The position numbers and the translations under genes are program-made. 39,283 bases of DNA from Acutalibacteraceae bacterium (lineage in GTDB: Bacteria > Bacillota > Clostridia > Oscillospirales > Acutalibacteraceae): assembly GCA_036298405.1 (NCBI GenBank), contig JAXJJE010000338.1, positions 1 to 39,283 on the forward strand, read 5' to 3'. Below, one piece after another: positions 17,881-26,701 of the stretch (positions are counted from its first letter, which is position 1; every line of letters starts with the position of its first letter). The notes under the pieces are model-generated. The model was not told the DNA's origin and made no database searches. It saw nothing but the letters and a program-made list of their open reading frames with translations.

Positions 17881-19344
17881 ATGCTGAAACATTTAAACAA
17901 GCCACCGATATTCCTGACTTTTTTACAAGTCCTAGTGATTCTTTGCCCTGTTTTTACTGTTTCGGCATTTTTGTTTGCTTTTTCAGATACAGCACAAGCC
18001 TGCTCTAGCTATCAACTAAACGGCTTTAACAGTAACACAGCTATGCATTGTGACAATAAAGGTGTTTATATAACCTCATTCAGTGGTAAATCACTCGAAA
18101 TCGACTATATAACCGACAACAATATAACCAAACGCACCTTACAGCTAAACAGTGAAATTAAATATGTAACCACCAATAACGGAATTGTTTACGCAATTTC
18201 AACAAATAAAAACACTATTTACCTTAACCAGTATTTTTATAACAACGATACTCTTAACTGCTTTATCATAGAAGCTGATTATATAAATTCAAAATACAAA
18301 TTTGCTGTTGCAGGTAACAGACTATACTTTGCAGAAAATGAGGACTACAGCCAAATTGCTTGCCATAGCATAACTGGCGAAAAATTATATTCATTCTATG
18401 CAAACGAAGTAATAGACTATCGCACAGACAATAATGACATACTATATATTTTCAGTAGAAATAATATATATACAATTGATACAGCCTGCAATTCACAGCC
18501 TCAATGTAAGCTTAGTAACATAAATATACGAGGCGATGTATTTATTTGTGATAACACAGCCTTTGATTGTAATGGTAATGCCATAAATTTACAAAACGGT
18601 TTAATAGTAGCAACCAACATTATCTCGTACAAGCCTAACCTTGCTGTAATTAATGGATATTACTGCAAATACTCACAAGGCAATATTTATGGATATACAG
18701 AAAACGGTACAGAAAGCATACTTTTCAGTATAGATGCAGGAGCAAATGCACAGCTGTGCAGCTTTAACGATAAGCTATATATTTTATCAGAAGCTAAAGA
18801 GCTGTTTATAGCAAGTGAAAACGAGCTTGATTTTCCACAAAATAGTACATCACCACCAACTGCATACAGTACTAATCCTATCACTAACAGTAATCAAAAC
18901 TCCAATAATAACCAGCCTGATTCAGGTAATAACCAAAGCTATAGCTTTTCTATAAATAATTATTACATAGATAAAGACTCAAATATAATATGGAATATTC
19001 CAGATAATACAACAATAGCTACATTTGAAAATAGCATTACCCACTGTGGCTACACCCTTGACTTTTACAACGCCAATAACGTAAAGAAAACAAATGGTAA
19101 AATAGGCACAGGCTTTACAATGGTTGTAAAGGATACATCTGCTGAGCATAGCAGGTACTCTATATCTGTAAAGGGTGATTTATCCGGAGACGGAACTATA
19201 AACCAGAATGATGTTACTATGTTAAGCGATTATCTTATGTCATCAACAACACTTACCAAAGAACAATACACCTCTGCCGATAGCAACGGCGATAATATAA
19301 TCAACGGAGTTGATATTTTAAAAATAGCAAAAAATAATCTGTAA
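17881..19344 (+). CDS. Secreted protein with beta-rich (propeller-like) N-region, Asn/Ser linker and C-terminal dockerin
   Basis: Hydrophobic N-terminus after the ATG at 17881; GKIGTG module then GDLSGDGTINQND / ADSNGDNIINGVD dockerin repeats. Confidence 0.75.
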   Translation: MLKHLNKPPIFLTFLQVLVILCPVFTVSAFLFAFSDTAQACSSYQLNGFNSNTAMHCDNKGVYITSFSGKSLEIDYITDNNITKRTLQLNSEIKYVTTNNGIVYAISTNKNTIYLNQYFYNNDTLNCFIIEADYINSKYKFAVAGNRLYFAENEDYSQIACHSITGEKLYSFYANEVIDYRTDNNDILYIFSRNNIYTIDTACNSQPQCKLSNINIRGDVFICDNTAFDCNGNAINLQNGLIVATNIISYKPNLAVINGYYCKYSQGNIYGYTENGTESILFSIDAGANAQLCSFNDKLYILSEAKELFIASENELDFPQNSTSPPTAYSTNPITNSNQNSNNNQPDSGNNQSYSFSINNYYIDKDSNIIWNIPDNTTIATFENSITHCGYTLDFYNANNVKKTNGKIGTGFTMVVKDTSAEHSRYSISVKGDLSGDGTINQNDVTMLSDYLMSSTTLTKEQYTSADSNGDNIINGVDILKIAKNNL

Positions 19345-19399
19345 CGCTATTTTTATTAGTGCGTATTATGTACTAAAAGCTAAATGGTGGTGAGAGAAT

Positions 19400-19546
19400 A
19401 TGCGACAACGACGAAAGAACAAATGCTGCAATGGTGGGCTGATTTTTGGAATAGGCTTGCTGGTAGGCTCGTTATTACCGTGCAAGGCAGTAATAGTAAT
19501 AGCTGCAGCTGTAATATGCATACTTTCATTGCTTGCTTTTAACTGA
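19400..19546 (+). CDS. 48-aa small membrane protein (not in ORF track)
   Basis: GGTGGTGAG RBS; MRQRRKNKCCNGGLIFGIGLLVGSLLPCKAVIVIAAAVICILSLLAFN, a basic N-terminus and a hydrophobic hairpin. Confidence 0.65.
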   Translation: MRQRRKNKCCNGGLIFGIGLLVGSLLPCKAVIVIAAAVICILSLLAFN

Positions 19547-19561
19547 TCAGGAGGTTTTTCT

Positions 19562-19654
19562 ATGAAATTTGTAGTTATCGACAACCCAAAGGTATGGGGC
19601 TTTATATTAAGGAAAATTTACGGTATAAAAAAGATAGATTTCACACAAAATTAG
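19562..19654 (+). CDS. spoVM: SpoVM-like sporulation peptide (30 aa, not in ORF track)
   Basis: AGGAGGT RBS; MKFVVIDNPKVWGFILRKIYGIKKIDFTQN aligns with B. subtilis SpoVM MKFYTIKLPKFLGGIVRAMLG, including Pro9. Confidence 0.7.
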   Translation: MKFVVIDNPKVWGFILRKIYGIKKIDFTQN

Positions 19655-19659
19655 TAATC

Positions 19660-19744
19660 TACATAGCAAAATGGCTACAGCGTAAAAATTGCTGTAGCCA
19701 TTTTGTTATGTACGTATAGGCTTACACCAAGGATAAGCCTATAC
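19660..19744. terminator. Two tandem hairpins between spoVM and the convergent cysteine synthase gene
   Basis: CAAAATGGCTACAGC / GCTGTAGCCATTTTG (within 19660-19712) and GTATAGGCTTA / TAAGCCTATAC (19714-19744). Confidence 0.8.
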
Positions 19745-19761
19745 TCAAAATTTTACTAAAA

Positions 19762-20691
19762 TTAATCCTCAAATAATGGTGTGCTAAAATATCTTTCGGC
19801 TGTATCTGGCAATACTGTAATAACAGTTTTGCCCTTGCCAAGCTGTTTTGCCATTTTAAGTGCAGCAGCAACATTTGTACCCGAGCTTATTCCACACATC
19901 AAGCCCTCGAGTCTGGCTAAATCCTTAGCTGTTTGTATAGCCTCCTCGTCGGTTACTATATATATATCATCATATATATTCTGATTCAGATTATCTGGGA
20001 TAAGTCCATCACCTATACCCATCTGCAAATGAGTACCTACAGTACCACCTGCTAAAATTGCAGCGTTTTCTGGCTCTACTGCCCAGATTTTTATATCTGG
20101 GTATTGTGCCTTTAAAACCTCGCCAATGCCAGATATTGTACCACCTGTGCCTATGCCAGAACAAAATCCGTCAATCGGCTGTGCTACCTGCTCCATAATC
20201 TCGAGTGCTGTGTGGTGCTTATGTGCTAAAGGATTTGCAGGGTTTGTAAATTGCTGTGGTACAAATACATTAGGGTCTTCCTGTGCCATTCTAAGTGCCT
20301 CTTGCAAGCAACCCTCTATACATTTGCCTATATCTCCATCATCGTGCACAAGCTTAACCTCTGCACCATAATGTGCTACCAGCTTTCTACGTTCTACACT
20401 TACAGAGTCTGGCATTATAATTACAGTTTTATAGCCCTTTACTGCACCAATCAAAGCAAGACCTATGCCCTGATTGCCACTTGTTGGTTCTACTATAATT
20501 GTATCCTTAGTAATAAGGCCTTCCTTTTCGCCCTTTAAAATCATATTATACGCTGTGCGTGTTTTTATTGAGCCACCTACATTCAAGCCCTCAAATTTCA
20601 CAAGCACCTGTGCATCATTTTCTCCAACCATTCTATTTAGTCTGATAATAGGTGTATGCCCCATTGCCTCTAGTATATTATTATAAATCAT
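19762..20691 (-). CDS. Second cysteine synthase-family PLP enzyme
   Basis: KFEGLNVGGSIKTR, EPTSGNQGIGLA, GIGTGGT, HLQMGIGDG, PDTAERYFST. Confidence 0.88.
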   Translation of the reverse strand: MIYNNILEAMGHTPIIRLNRMVGENDAQVLVKFEGLNVGGSIKTRTAYNMILKGEKEGLITKDTIIVEPTSGNQGIGLALIGAVKGYKTVIIMPDSVSVERRKLVAHYGAEVKLVHDDGDIGKCIEGCLQEALRMAQEDPNVFVPQQFTNPANPLAHKHHTALEIMEQVAQPIDGFCSGIGTGGTISGIGEVLKAQYPDIKIWAVEPENAAILAGGTVGTHLQMGIGDGLIPDNLNQNIYDDIYIVTDEEAIQTAKDLARLEGLMCGISSGTNVAAALKMAKQLGKGKTVITVLPDTAERYFSTPLFED

Positions 20692-20867
20692 CGTAAGATC
20701 TCTCCTGCGTAAAAATCGTAATTCTAACTTTTTAATTATACAACCTAATACATATATAATTCAAGTGCTAAACAGCATAAATATATCTTTATCGCCACAA
20801 AATTTAATATTTATTATAAAACAATACTACCATTGAAATGAAATCAAGGTAAAAATTTGAAAAATAA

Positions 20868-20895
20868 TTGTTTTTTATTTGCAATATGCTATAAT
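20868..20895 (+). promoter_or_regulatory. Promoter of trkAH
   Basis: TTGTTT-N16-TATAAT with extended -10 TG. Confidence 0.45.
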
Positions 20896-20963
20896 AGCTT
20901 TGTATGCTGTTATGTTATCAGCATTTTATTACATAGTTTTAAATACAAAAGGAGCTTTGTATT

Positions 20964-22364
20964 ATGTTTATCTTTGACAAATTTGCACGCAAAGAAAAAA
21001 GCACTCTTAATATTATTATAGTCGGTTGTGGTAAGGTTGGTACTACATTATTACAAAGACTTTCTGAGGAAGGTCATAATATAACCTTTATCGACAATGA
21101 TGCCAAGCTTGTTGAAAATCTATCTAACTCATACGATGTTTTGGGCATAACAGGCAATGGTGCAAGCTGTTCTGTACAAATAGAAGCAGGAATAGAAACA
21201 GCAGACTTATTTATTGCAGTTACAGAATCTGACGAGCTTAATCTGCTGTGCTGCACACTGGCAAAAAAGGTAGGAGATTGCTCTACAATAGCAAGAGTAA
21301 GAAACCCTATATATAGCGAAGACCAGGCTTATCTGCGTGAACAGCTTGGGCTTTCTATGATTATTAACCCTGAGCTTGAAACAGCAAAGGAAATTTCAAG
21401 AATATTGCGTTTACCAGCTGCACTCAGCACTAATTCATTCTCTAAAGGTCAGGCAGAATTAATAAGATTTCAGATTCCTAACGACAGCTATCTGGACGGA
21501 AAGAAGCTATTTTCTCTGCAAAAGGAATTCGACTTTAAATTTCTTATCTGTGGACTAGAGCGTGACGACTCAATAGTAATACCTAATGGTGACCAGTTAC
21601 TGAAAAGTGGCGACATTCTGACAATGATTGCCTCTGCAAGAAATGCCTATGTGTTCTTTAAGAAAATAGATATGATAAAAAGACGTATTTCAGATGCAAT
21701 GATTATAGGTGGTAGCAGAACAGCTTATTATCTGGCAAAACAGCTTTCTGAAATGGGTATTCAGGTTAAGCTTATCGAGCAGGATATAAAACGTTGCGAA
21801 GAGCTAGACGAAGCACTTGAAAAAGTTCTTATAATCAACGGTGACGGTACCGACGAAGCACTCCTTGAAAGAGAGGGTATAAGAAGTACCGATGCATTTA
21901 TACCTCTTACTGGTATAGACGAAGAGAATATTTTGCTTACACTATACGCAAAGCGAGCAACCGACGCAAAGGCTGTAACAAAGGTAGACAGAGTTAACTT
22001 TAACAATGTTATTCAAAGCCTAGACCTTGGTAGCACCATTCACCCTCGTCTGCTTACAGCAGAGGCAATTTTGGCTTATGTACGAGGTAAACGAAACTCT
22101 ATCGGCAGTGGTAATGTAGAAAGCCTTTACCATTGGTTTGACAACAGAGCTGAAGCTGTAGAATTTAAGATAAAAAAATCCTCAGAGATAACAGAGGTAC
22201 CTCTTTGCCAGATGCCACTAAAAAAAGATTTACTTATTGCAAGCATTATCCGTAACGGAAAGCTTATAATACCTCGTGGTCAGGACTATATTCTTCAGGG
22301 TGATACTGTTATTGTTGTAACAACACATACAGGACTCAAGGATATACATGAGATTTTAGAATAA
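20964..22364 (+). CDS. trkA: Trk K+ uptake system regulatory subunit
   Basis: Two RCK N/C pairs: IIIVGCGKVG...AVTESDELNL...TIARVRNP and MIIGGSRTA...GDGTD...DEENIL. Confidence 0.95.
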   Translation: MFIFDKFARKEKSTLNIIIVGCGKVGTTLLQRLSEEGHNITFIDNDAKLVENLSNSYDVLGITGNGASCSVQIEAGIETADLFIAVTESDELNLLCCTLAKKVGDCSTIARVRNPIYSEDQAYLREQLGLSMIINPELETAKEISRILRLPAALSTNSFSKGQAELIRFQIPNDSYLDGKKLFSLQKEFDFKFLICGLERDDSIVIPNGDQLLKSGDILTMIASARNAYVFFKKIDMIKRRISDAMIIGGSRTAYYLAKQLSEMGIQVKLIEQDIKRCEELDEALEKVLIINGDGTDEALLEREGIRSTDAFIPLTGIDEENILLTLYAKRATDAKAVTKVDRVNFNNVIQSLDLGSTIHPRLLTAEAILAYVRGKRNSIGSGNVESLYHWFDNRAEAVEFKIKKSSEITEVPLCQMPLKKDLLIASIIRNGKLIIPRGQDYILQGDTVIVVTTHTGLKDIHEILE

Positions 22365-22378
22365 TAGAGGTAGACAAT

Positions 22379-23863
22379 ATGCATTATAGAAGTATTTCAT
22401 TTATTTTGGGATGTATACTAACTATTGAGGGTATATTTTTATTTTTACCAACGCTTGTATCGGTAATCTATAAAGAGCCTCAGGTATTCTCTCTATTACT
22501 TTCGGCACTTATATGCTTAGCTATAGGTACAATATTGATATTTTTACGACCAAAAAAGCTTATCTTTAATGCAAAAGAGGGCTATGTAACAGTATCTCTT
22601 GGCTGGATATTATTAAGTTTGTTTGGTTGCTTGCCATTTATCTTCAGTGGCGAGATTCCTCACTTTGCAAACGCATTTTTCGAAACTGTATCTGGCTTTA
22701 CAACAACAGGTGCAAGTATTCTAAGCGATGTTGAGGCAATGTCGAAGGGCTGTTTATTTTGGAGAAGCCTTACTCACTGGCTTGGTGGTATGGGTGTTCT
22801 AGTATTTTTACTTGCCATTATACCTATGGTATCTCGTGGAGAAAGTCACGGTGGCCATATGCATATTATGAGAGCTGAAAGCCCTGGGCCAAGTGTAGGT
22901 AAGCTTGTTCCAAAAGTAAAGTATACAGCCTTGATTTTATATGGCATTTACTTAGCCTTAACAATTATTGAATTTATTGTACTTATATTGGTTAAAATGC
23001 CTGTTTTCGATGCTGTTGTAACTGCTATTGGTACAGCAGGTACAGGAGGCTTTGGTATAAAAGCTGATAGTATAGCAAGCTATAGCCCTGCTATACAATG
23101 GACTGTTGCCACATTTATGATTATTTTTGGTATAAATTTTAACGCCTTTTTCTTTATACTAATCGCAAAATTCAAAAGCGTTTTTGAAATGTCAGAAATA
23201 AAATGTTATTTTGGTACCATAGTTATTGCTGTTACAATAATTATGTTTAACGCCTATGACAAAGCAATTGGCTTCTTTGATAATTTAAGAACAGTATTCT
23301 TTCAGGTGGCTTCGCTGATTTCTTCTACCGGATTTGCAACCACTGACTTCAACCTATGGCCATCAGCCTCAAAGGCAGTATTGCTTTGCTTAATGTTTGT
23401 TGGTGCCTGTGCTGGAAGTACTGGTGGTGGTATGAAGGTTTCTCGATTTATAATTCTTTTCAAATCAATTAAAAACCAGCTTGTACTATTTTTACATCCA
23501 GGCACTGTACGCAAGGTTAAAATGGATAATAAAATTGTTAACCACGATGTTATGCGTAGTGTAAACGTATTCTTCTTAACCTATGCAGTTGTTTTTGCTG
23601 GCTCAGTATTTTTGATTTCGTTTGATAATTTCGATTTTGAAACAAACTTCACAGCCGTACTTACTTCACTTTGTAATATGGGACCAGGTTTATCAAAGGT
23701 TGGTCCTGCAGAAAATTTTGAACTATATTCAGACTTCTCAAAATATGTCTTGATATTCGATATGATAGCAGGTAGACTGGAGCTTTACCCTGTGCTATTA
23801 CTATTCTACCACCGACTATGGAGAGGTAGTATTGCACATAAGAAAATTGAAAAAACAGCTTAA
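22379..23863 (+). CDS. trkH: Trk K+ uptake membrane subunit
   Basis: FFETVSGFTTTGAS, WLGGMG, GTGGFG, SSTGF, GACAGSTGGGMK, NMGPG, GRLE. Confidence 0.95.
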   Translation: MHYRSISFILGCILTIEGIFLFLPTLVSVIYKEPQVFSLLLSALICLAIGTILIFLRPKKLIFNAKEGYVTVSLGWILLSLFGCLPFIFSGEIPHFANAFFETVSGFTTTGASILSDVEAMSKGCLFWRSLTHWLGGMGVLVFLLAIIPMVSRGESHGGHMHIMRAESPGPSVGKLVPKVKYTALILYGIYLALTIIEFIVLILVKMPVFDAVVTAIGTAGTGGFGIKADSIASYSPAIQWTVATFMIIFGINFNAFFFILIAKFKSVFEMSEIKCYFGTIVIAVTIIMFNAYDKAIGFFDNLRTVFFQVASLISSTGFATTDFNLWPSASKAVLLCLMFVGACAGSTGGGMKVSRFIILFKSIKNQLVLFLHPGTVRKVKMDNKIVNHDVMRSVNVFFLTYAVVFAGSVFLISFDNFDFETNFTAVLTSLCNMGPGLSKVGPAENFELYSDFSKYVLIFDMIAGRLELYPVLLLFYHRLWRGSIAHKKIEKTA

Positions 23864-23871
23864 ATAATACC

Positions 23872-23919
23872 CCCTACTAACCTGTAGCTTATTATGCTAT
23901 GGTTAGTAGGGAATTTTTT
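23872..23919. terminator. Terminator after trkH, probably also ending the convergent ncRNA
   Basis: CCCTACTAACC / GGTTAGTAGGG stem followed by AATTTTTT on the plus strand. Confidence 0.8.
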
Positions 23920-24145
23920 GACTAATCTTCCCAATCAAGAGTTAGATAATATGGCTGGTCAGCCCCATTTTCAAGACTACAGCAAGAAATATGTCTTATG
24001 CTACTTCATTTCTTACTAGTAGCCATCTTTTCGGCATATTTCGCACTGCACTTCACACTAAGTCTTCATATGCGAAAGACTTGCTGTGGGTAAGTATTCG
24101 TTTGTCATAAAATCAGCACTTAAATCCTTGTCCAGATTTCATCAG
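23872..24145 (-). ncRNA. Candidate structured ncRNA (copy 1), family unassigned
   Basis: Extended -10 TGTTATACT at 24151-24159 lies downstream of the amylase terminator; no ATG ORF over 16 codons on the minus strand; nested stems; motifs shared with the 38.24-38.54 kb unit. Confidence 0.55.
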
Positions 24146-24218
24146 TGTTTAGTATAACAATAACATTATCATTTGTGTTAAAGAGAATAACCTTAACCTT
24201 AATCAAACCTAGATTTGC

Positions 24219-24249
24219 AAAAAGGCACACCCCCAAAAGGAGTGTGCCT
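24219..24249 (-). terminator. Intrinsic terminator of the amylase gene
   Basis: AGGCACAC / GTGTGCCT stem with a T-tract on the minus strand. Confidence 0.8.
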
Positions 24250-24271
24250 AAGCTAGACTAATTATTAAAAA

Positions 24272-26449
24272 TTACTCAGCGTCCTTAATCTTTTTCTTTG
24301 TAAATACAACTGTAGAAGCTGCAGCTAGTAGCATAGCCATTAAACCAGCAACTGAAGATGTATTACCTGTAGCTACCTTACCTGCGTTTGAATCGGTTGG
24401 AGCTGATGTTGCTGATGTAGCTGATGTTGCGTTTGTGCTATTTGTAGGATTTGTTGTTTTATTTGTTGGGTTTGTAGCACTTGTTGGAGCCTGTGTTGGC
24501 TGATTGTTGTTGTTTGTTGTTGGAGCCTGTGTTGGTGCCTTTGTTGGAGCCTCTGTTGGCACTGTAGGAGCATCTGTTGGATCCTCTTTTTGCTCAACAT
24601 ATTCCTCTACAAGAATTGTGTTATGAGCACCACTGTTGAATGTAACCTTACCACCTGCTACAACTGCCTGTGTATTATCATAAGCGTTGTTAACAACTGT
24701 ACCATCCTCGAATATAGAACCAACTGTGATTGTTACATCTGTATTAGCTGATGATGTAATAACAGCTGCTACTGCATCCTTAACACCATTTTTGTCGTAG
24801 GTTCTTGTGAAAGCTACGCCAGCAGCATCTGTTGACTCAACAGCGTTGTGTGCACCAGCACCTACTGCAACGTGATTGCTTCTGAACTGACCAACCTTCT
24901 GCCAGTGAGCAAGTAGCTCTGTGTCTGTGCTTTCCCAGTTCATAAAGCTTCTTAGTGAGTGGTCTTCAAGAGAAATTCTTGTACCATCTTCTAGCTTAAT
25001 TGATGAAAGTCTCTGTCTGTTAGACTCATCACCGTAATAAATCTGAATAGCACCTGGTAGTAGCTGGAATGCTGTACCCTGATAGTACATATCTTTGTTT
25101 GTACCATAGTTAGCCATTGTATCATCGTGTGATGAAATGTATGTCATAACATTGAAGTTATCGTTTGAGTTAATCTTATCAGCATAAGACTGATATCTGG
25201 CGTTAATCTTGTCAAGCTTTGGAACGCCACCACCGTTCTCAAAGTTGATCATTGAATCAAAGCCACCAGTTGTATAGTAGTCACTTGATGGATCAACACC
25301 CATACCGTAGTTTTCGCCTGTCATCCAGAAATCGTTATTATCCATAACCTTATCTGGGTTGTTAGCTTTCCAAGTTGCTAAAGCCTTAGAACACTCAGTT
25401 TTTAGAGCACCCCATGACTCTTTCTCTACGTGCTTTGCAGTATCACAACGGAAACCGTCAATACCAAACTCCTCAACCCAAGCAGACAACCAGCAAATCT
25501 GGTAGTATCTTGGAGTTCTTGGATAGCCTGTCTGTGCAAACCAGCTGTCTATGTATAGCTTTTTCTCTGCAAGTGTACCCTCTTGTGTCCACTTTGTCTT
25601 TAATAGCTCAGGAATATCAACCTCAACACTTGACTCTGTTCTAAAGTCTGGCAAATAGTCAATACCAATTGTTAAATCATCACTTCCATCACTTGCTGTG
25701 TAGCCTGTGATACCAGCTCTAATCCAATCTGGACCCCACCATTTAGCCCATTTATCTTTACCTGTGTCGTAGTTGATTTTGCTGTAGTAGTTGCTGTTGA
25801 TGTTAGCCCAGTCGTAGTATACCTTCTCCCAGCCACTATTTAGTGTACCATATGAGAACTCGTTCATATCATACATTGTAGCATAGCCTGGGTGGTTCAT
25901 TACTACGTCCATTACTATACGAATACCATGTGCATGAGCTGTATCAACCATTTTCTTAAACTCTTCAATTGTACCGAAGTTAGCGTCAGTACAAGTGTAG
26001 TCTAGCATATAATATCCATGATAACCATAGTGAGGAAAGCTCTTCTTACCATCTGTTGCTACTGTGTAGCCATGTGCCTGCTCGTAAGGTGCAGAAATCC
26101 AAAGTGCGTTAACACCTAGCTTCTCAAAGTAACCCTCTTCAATCTTCTGTGTGATACCCTTAAAGTCACCACCCTGGAAAGAACCAGCGTCTGTATTCAT
26201 TGTTGTAGCAACTGTTCCATCTTGATTTAAACCACGGTTGTAAGCATGGTCGTTGCTTGTGTCAGCGTTATTAAAACGGTCTGTTAGCAAGAAATAAACT
26301 GATGCATTATCCCAAGAAAAGCTTGATGCACCCTTAGTAGTTGTAGCACTATCTGTAGCTGAAGTTGAAACAGCAGTGGTTGAAACGGCAATTGAAGCCA
26401 CCATTGCTATTGACAAAACAGCTGAAAGTGTTTTTTTACCTAGCTTCAT
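24272..26449 (-). CDS. Cell-wall-anchored GH13 alpha-amylase
   Basis: Signal peptide; VYFLLTDRF, GGDFKG, YHGYY, DVVMNH, DGFRCDTAKHV (nucleophile), WMTGE, SSHDD; Thr/Pro-rich linker; KVATG plus TM plus KKK. ATG at 26449 with AAGGAG RBS. Confidence 0.92.
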   Translation of the reverse strand: MKLGKKTLSAVLSIAMVASIAVSTTAVSTSATDSATTTKGASSFSWDNASVYFLLTDRFNNADTSNDHAYNRGLNQDGTVATTMNTDAGSFQGGDFKGITQKIEEGYFEKLGVNALWISAPYEQAHGYTVATDGKKSFPHYGYHGYYMLDYTCTDANFGTIEEFKKMVDTAHAHGIRIVMDVVMNHPGYATMYDMNEFSYGTLNSGWEKVYYDWANINSNYYSKINYDTGKDKWAKWWGPDWIRAGITGYTASDGSDDLTIGIDYLPDFRTESSVEVDIPELLKTKWTQEGTLAEKKLYIDSWFAQTGYPRTPRYYQICWLSAWVEEFGIDGFRCDTAKHVEKESWGALKTECSKALATWKANNPDKVMDNNDFWMTGENYGMGVDPSSDYYTTGGFDSMINFENGGGVPKLDKINARYQSYADKINSNDNFNVMTYISSHDDTMANYGTNKDMYYQGTAFQLLPGAIQIYYGDESNRQRLSSIKLEDGTRISLEDHSLRSFMNWESTDTELLAHWQKVGQFRSNHVAVGAGAHNAVESTDAAGVAFTRTYDKNGVKDAVAAVITSSANTDVTITVGSIFEDGTVVNNAYDNTQAVVAGGKVTFNSGAHNTILVEEYVEQKEDPTDAPTVPTEAPTKAPTQAPTTNNNNQPTQAPTSATNPTNKTTNPTNSTNATSATSATSAPTDSNAGKVATGNTSSVAGLMAMLLAAASTVVFTKKKIKDAE

Positions 26450-26498
26450 ATTAATATCTCCTTTTAATCTGTATAATTTAAGCATTATAACTTTTTAT

Positions 26499-26509
26499 AT
26501 TATACCACA
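26499..26509 (-). promoter_or_regulatory. Extended -10 promoter of the amylase gene
   Basis: Minus strand TGTGGTATAAT about 50 bp upstream of the ATG. Confidence 0.5.
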
Positions 26510-26649
26510 AGTTTATTTAATCTGAAATATTTGAAAAGAAAAATTTTAAACAAAGTATTAACAAGTTTTTTGTTTATTATGCAACTAATTTTAAATTCCC
26601 TCTAAAATAACCTAAAGCTAATTAGCATACATCAATAACAGACAAAACA

Positions 26650-26677
26650 AAGCAGACGGCTGTATAACCGTCTGCTT
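26650..26677 (-). terminator. Terminator at the end of the type IV pilus operon
   Basis: AAGCAGACGG / CCGTCTGCTT stem followed by TTTGTTTT on the minus strand. Confidence 0.8.
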
Positions 26678-26701
26678 CAGAAGTTGAATTCAATAATTTA
26701 A

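Noticed and set aside
19366..19584. 72-aa minus-strand ORF
   Set aside because: It is antisense to two plus-strand small ORFs that have good RBSs and a SpoVM match.
20700..20963. Possible c-di-AMP (ydaO) riboswitch upstream of trkA
   Set aside because: The leader is short and AT-rich with none of the conserved ydaO motifs.
23940..23950. ATTATCTAACT on the minus strand resembling the start of the pilA 3' UTR repeat (ATTAGCTAACT)
   Set aside because: Only 10 of 11 nt in AT-rich DNA and the similarity does not extend, so it is not counted as a third repeat copy.
23920..23952. TTATC...GGAAGAT fragments reminiscent of SAM-I riboswitch P1
   Set aside because: No SAM-I core (kink-turn, GCAACC, GTGC) and no downstream gene in that orientation.
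24115..24147. CTGATGA on the minus strand followed by a hairpin, suggesting a hammerhead ribozyme
   Set aside because: The required GAAA after stem II is absent (reads TAAG) and stems I and III cannot be formed.
24395..24585. Tandem TGTTGGAGC-like repeats
   Set aside because: They encode the Pro/Thr/Ala linker of the amylase.
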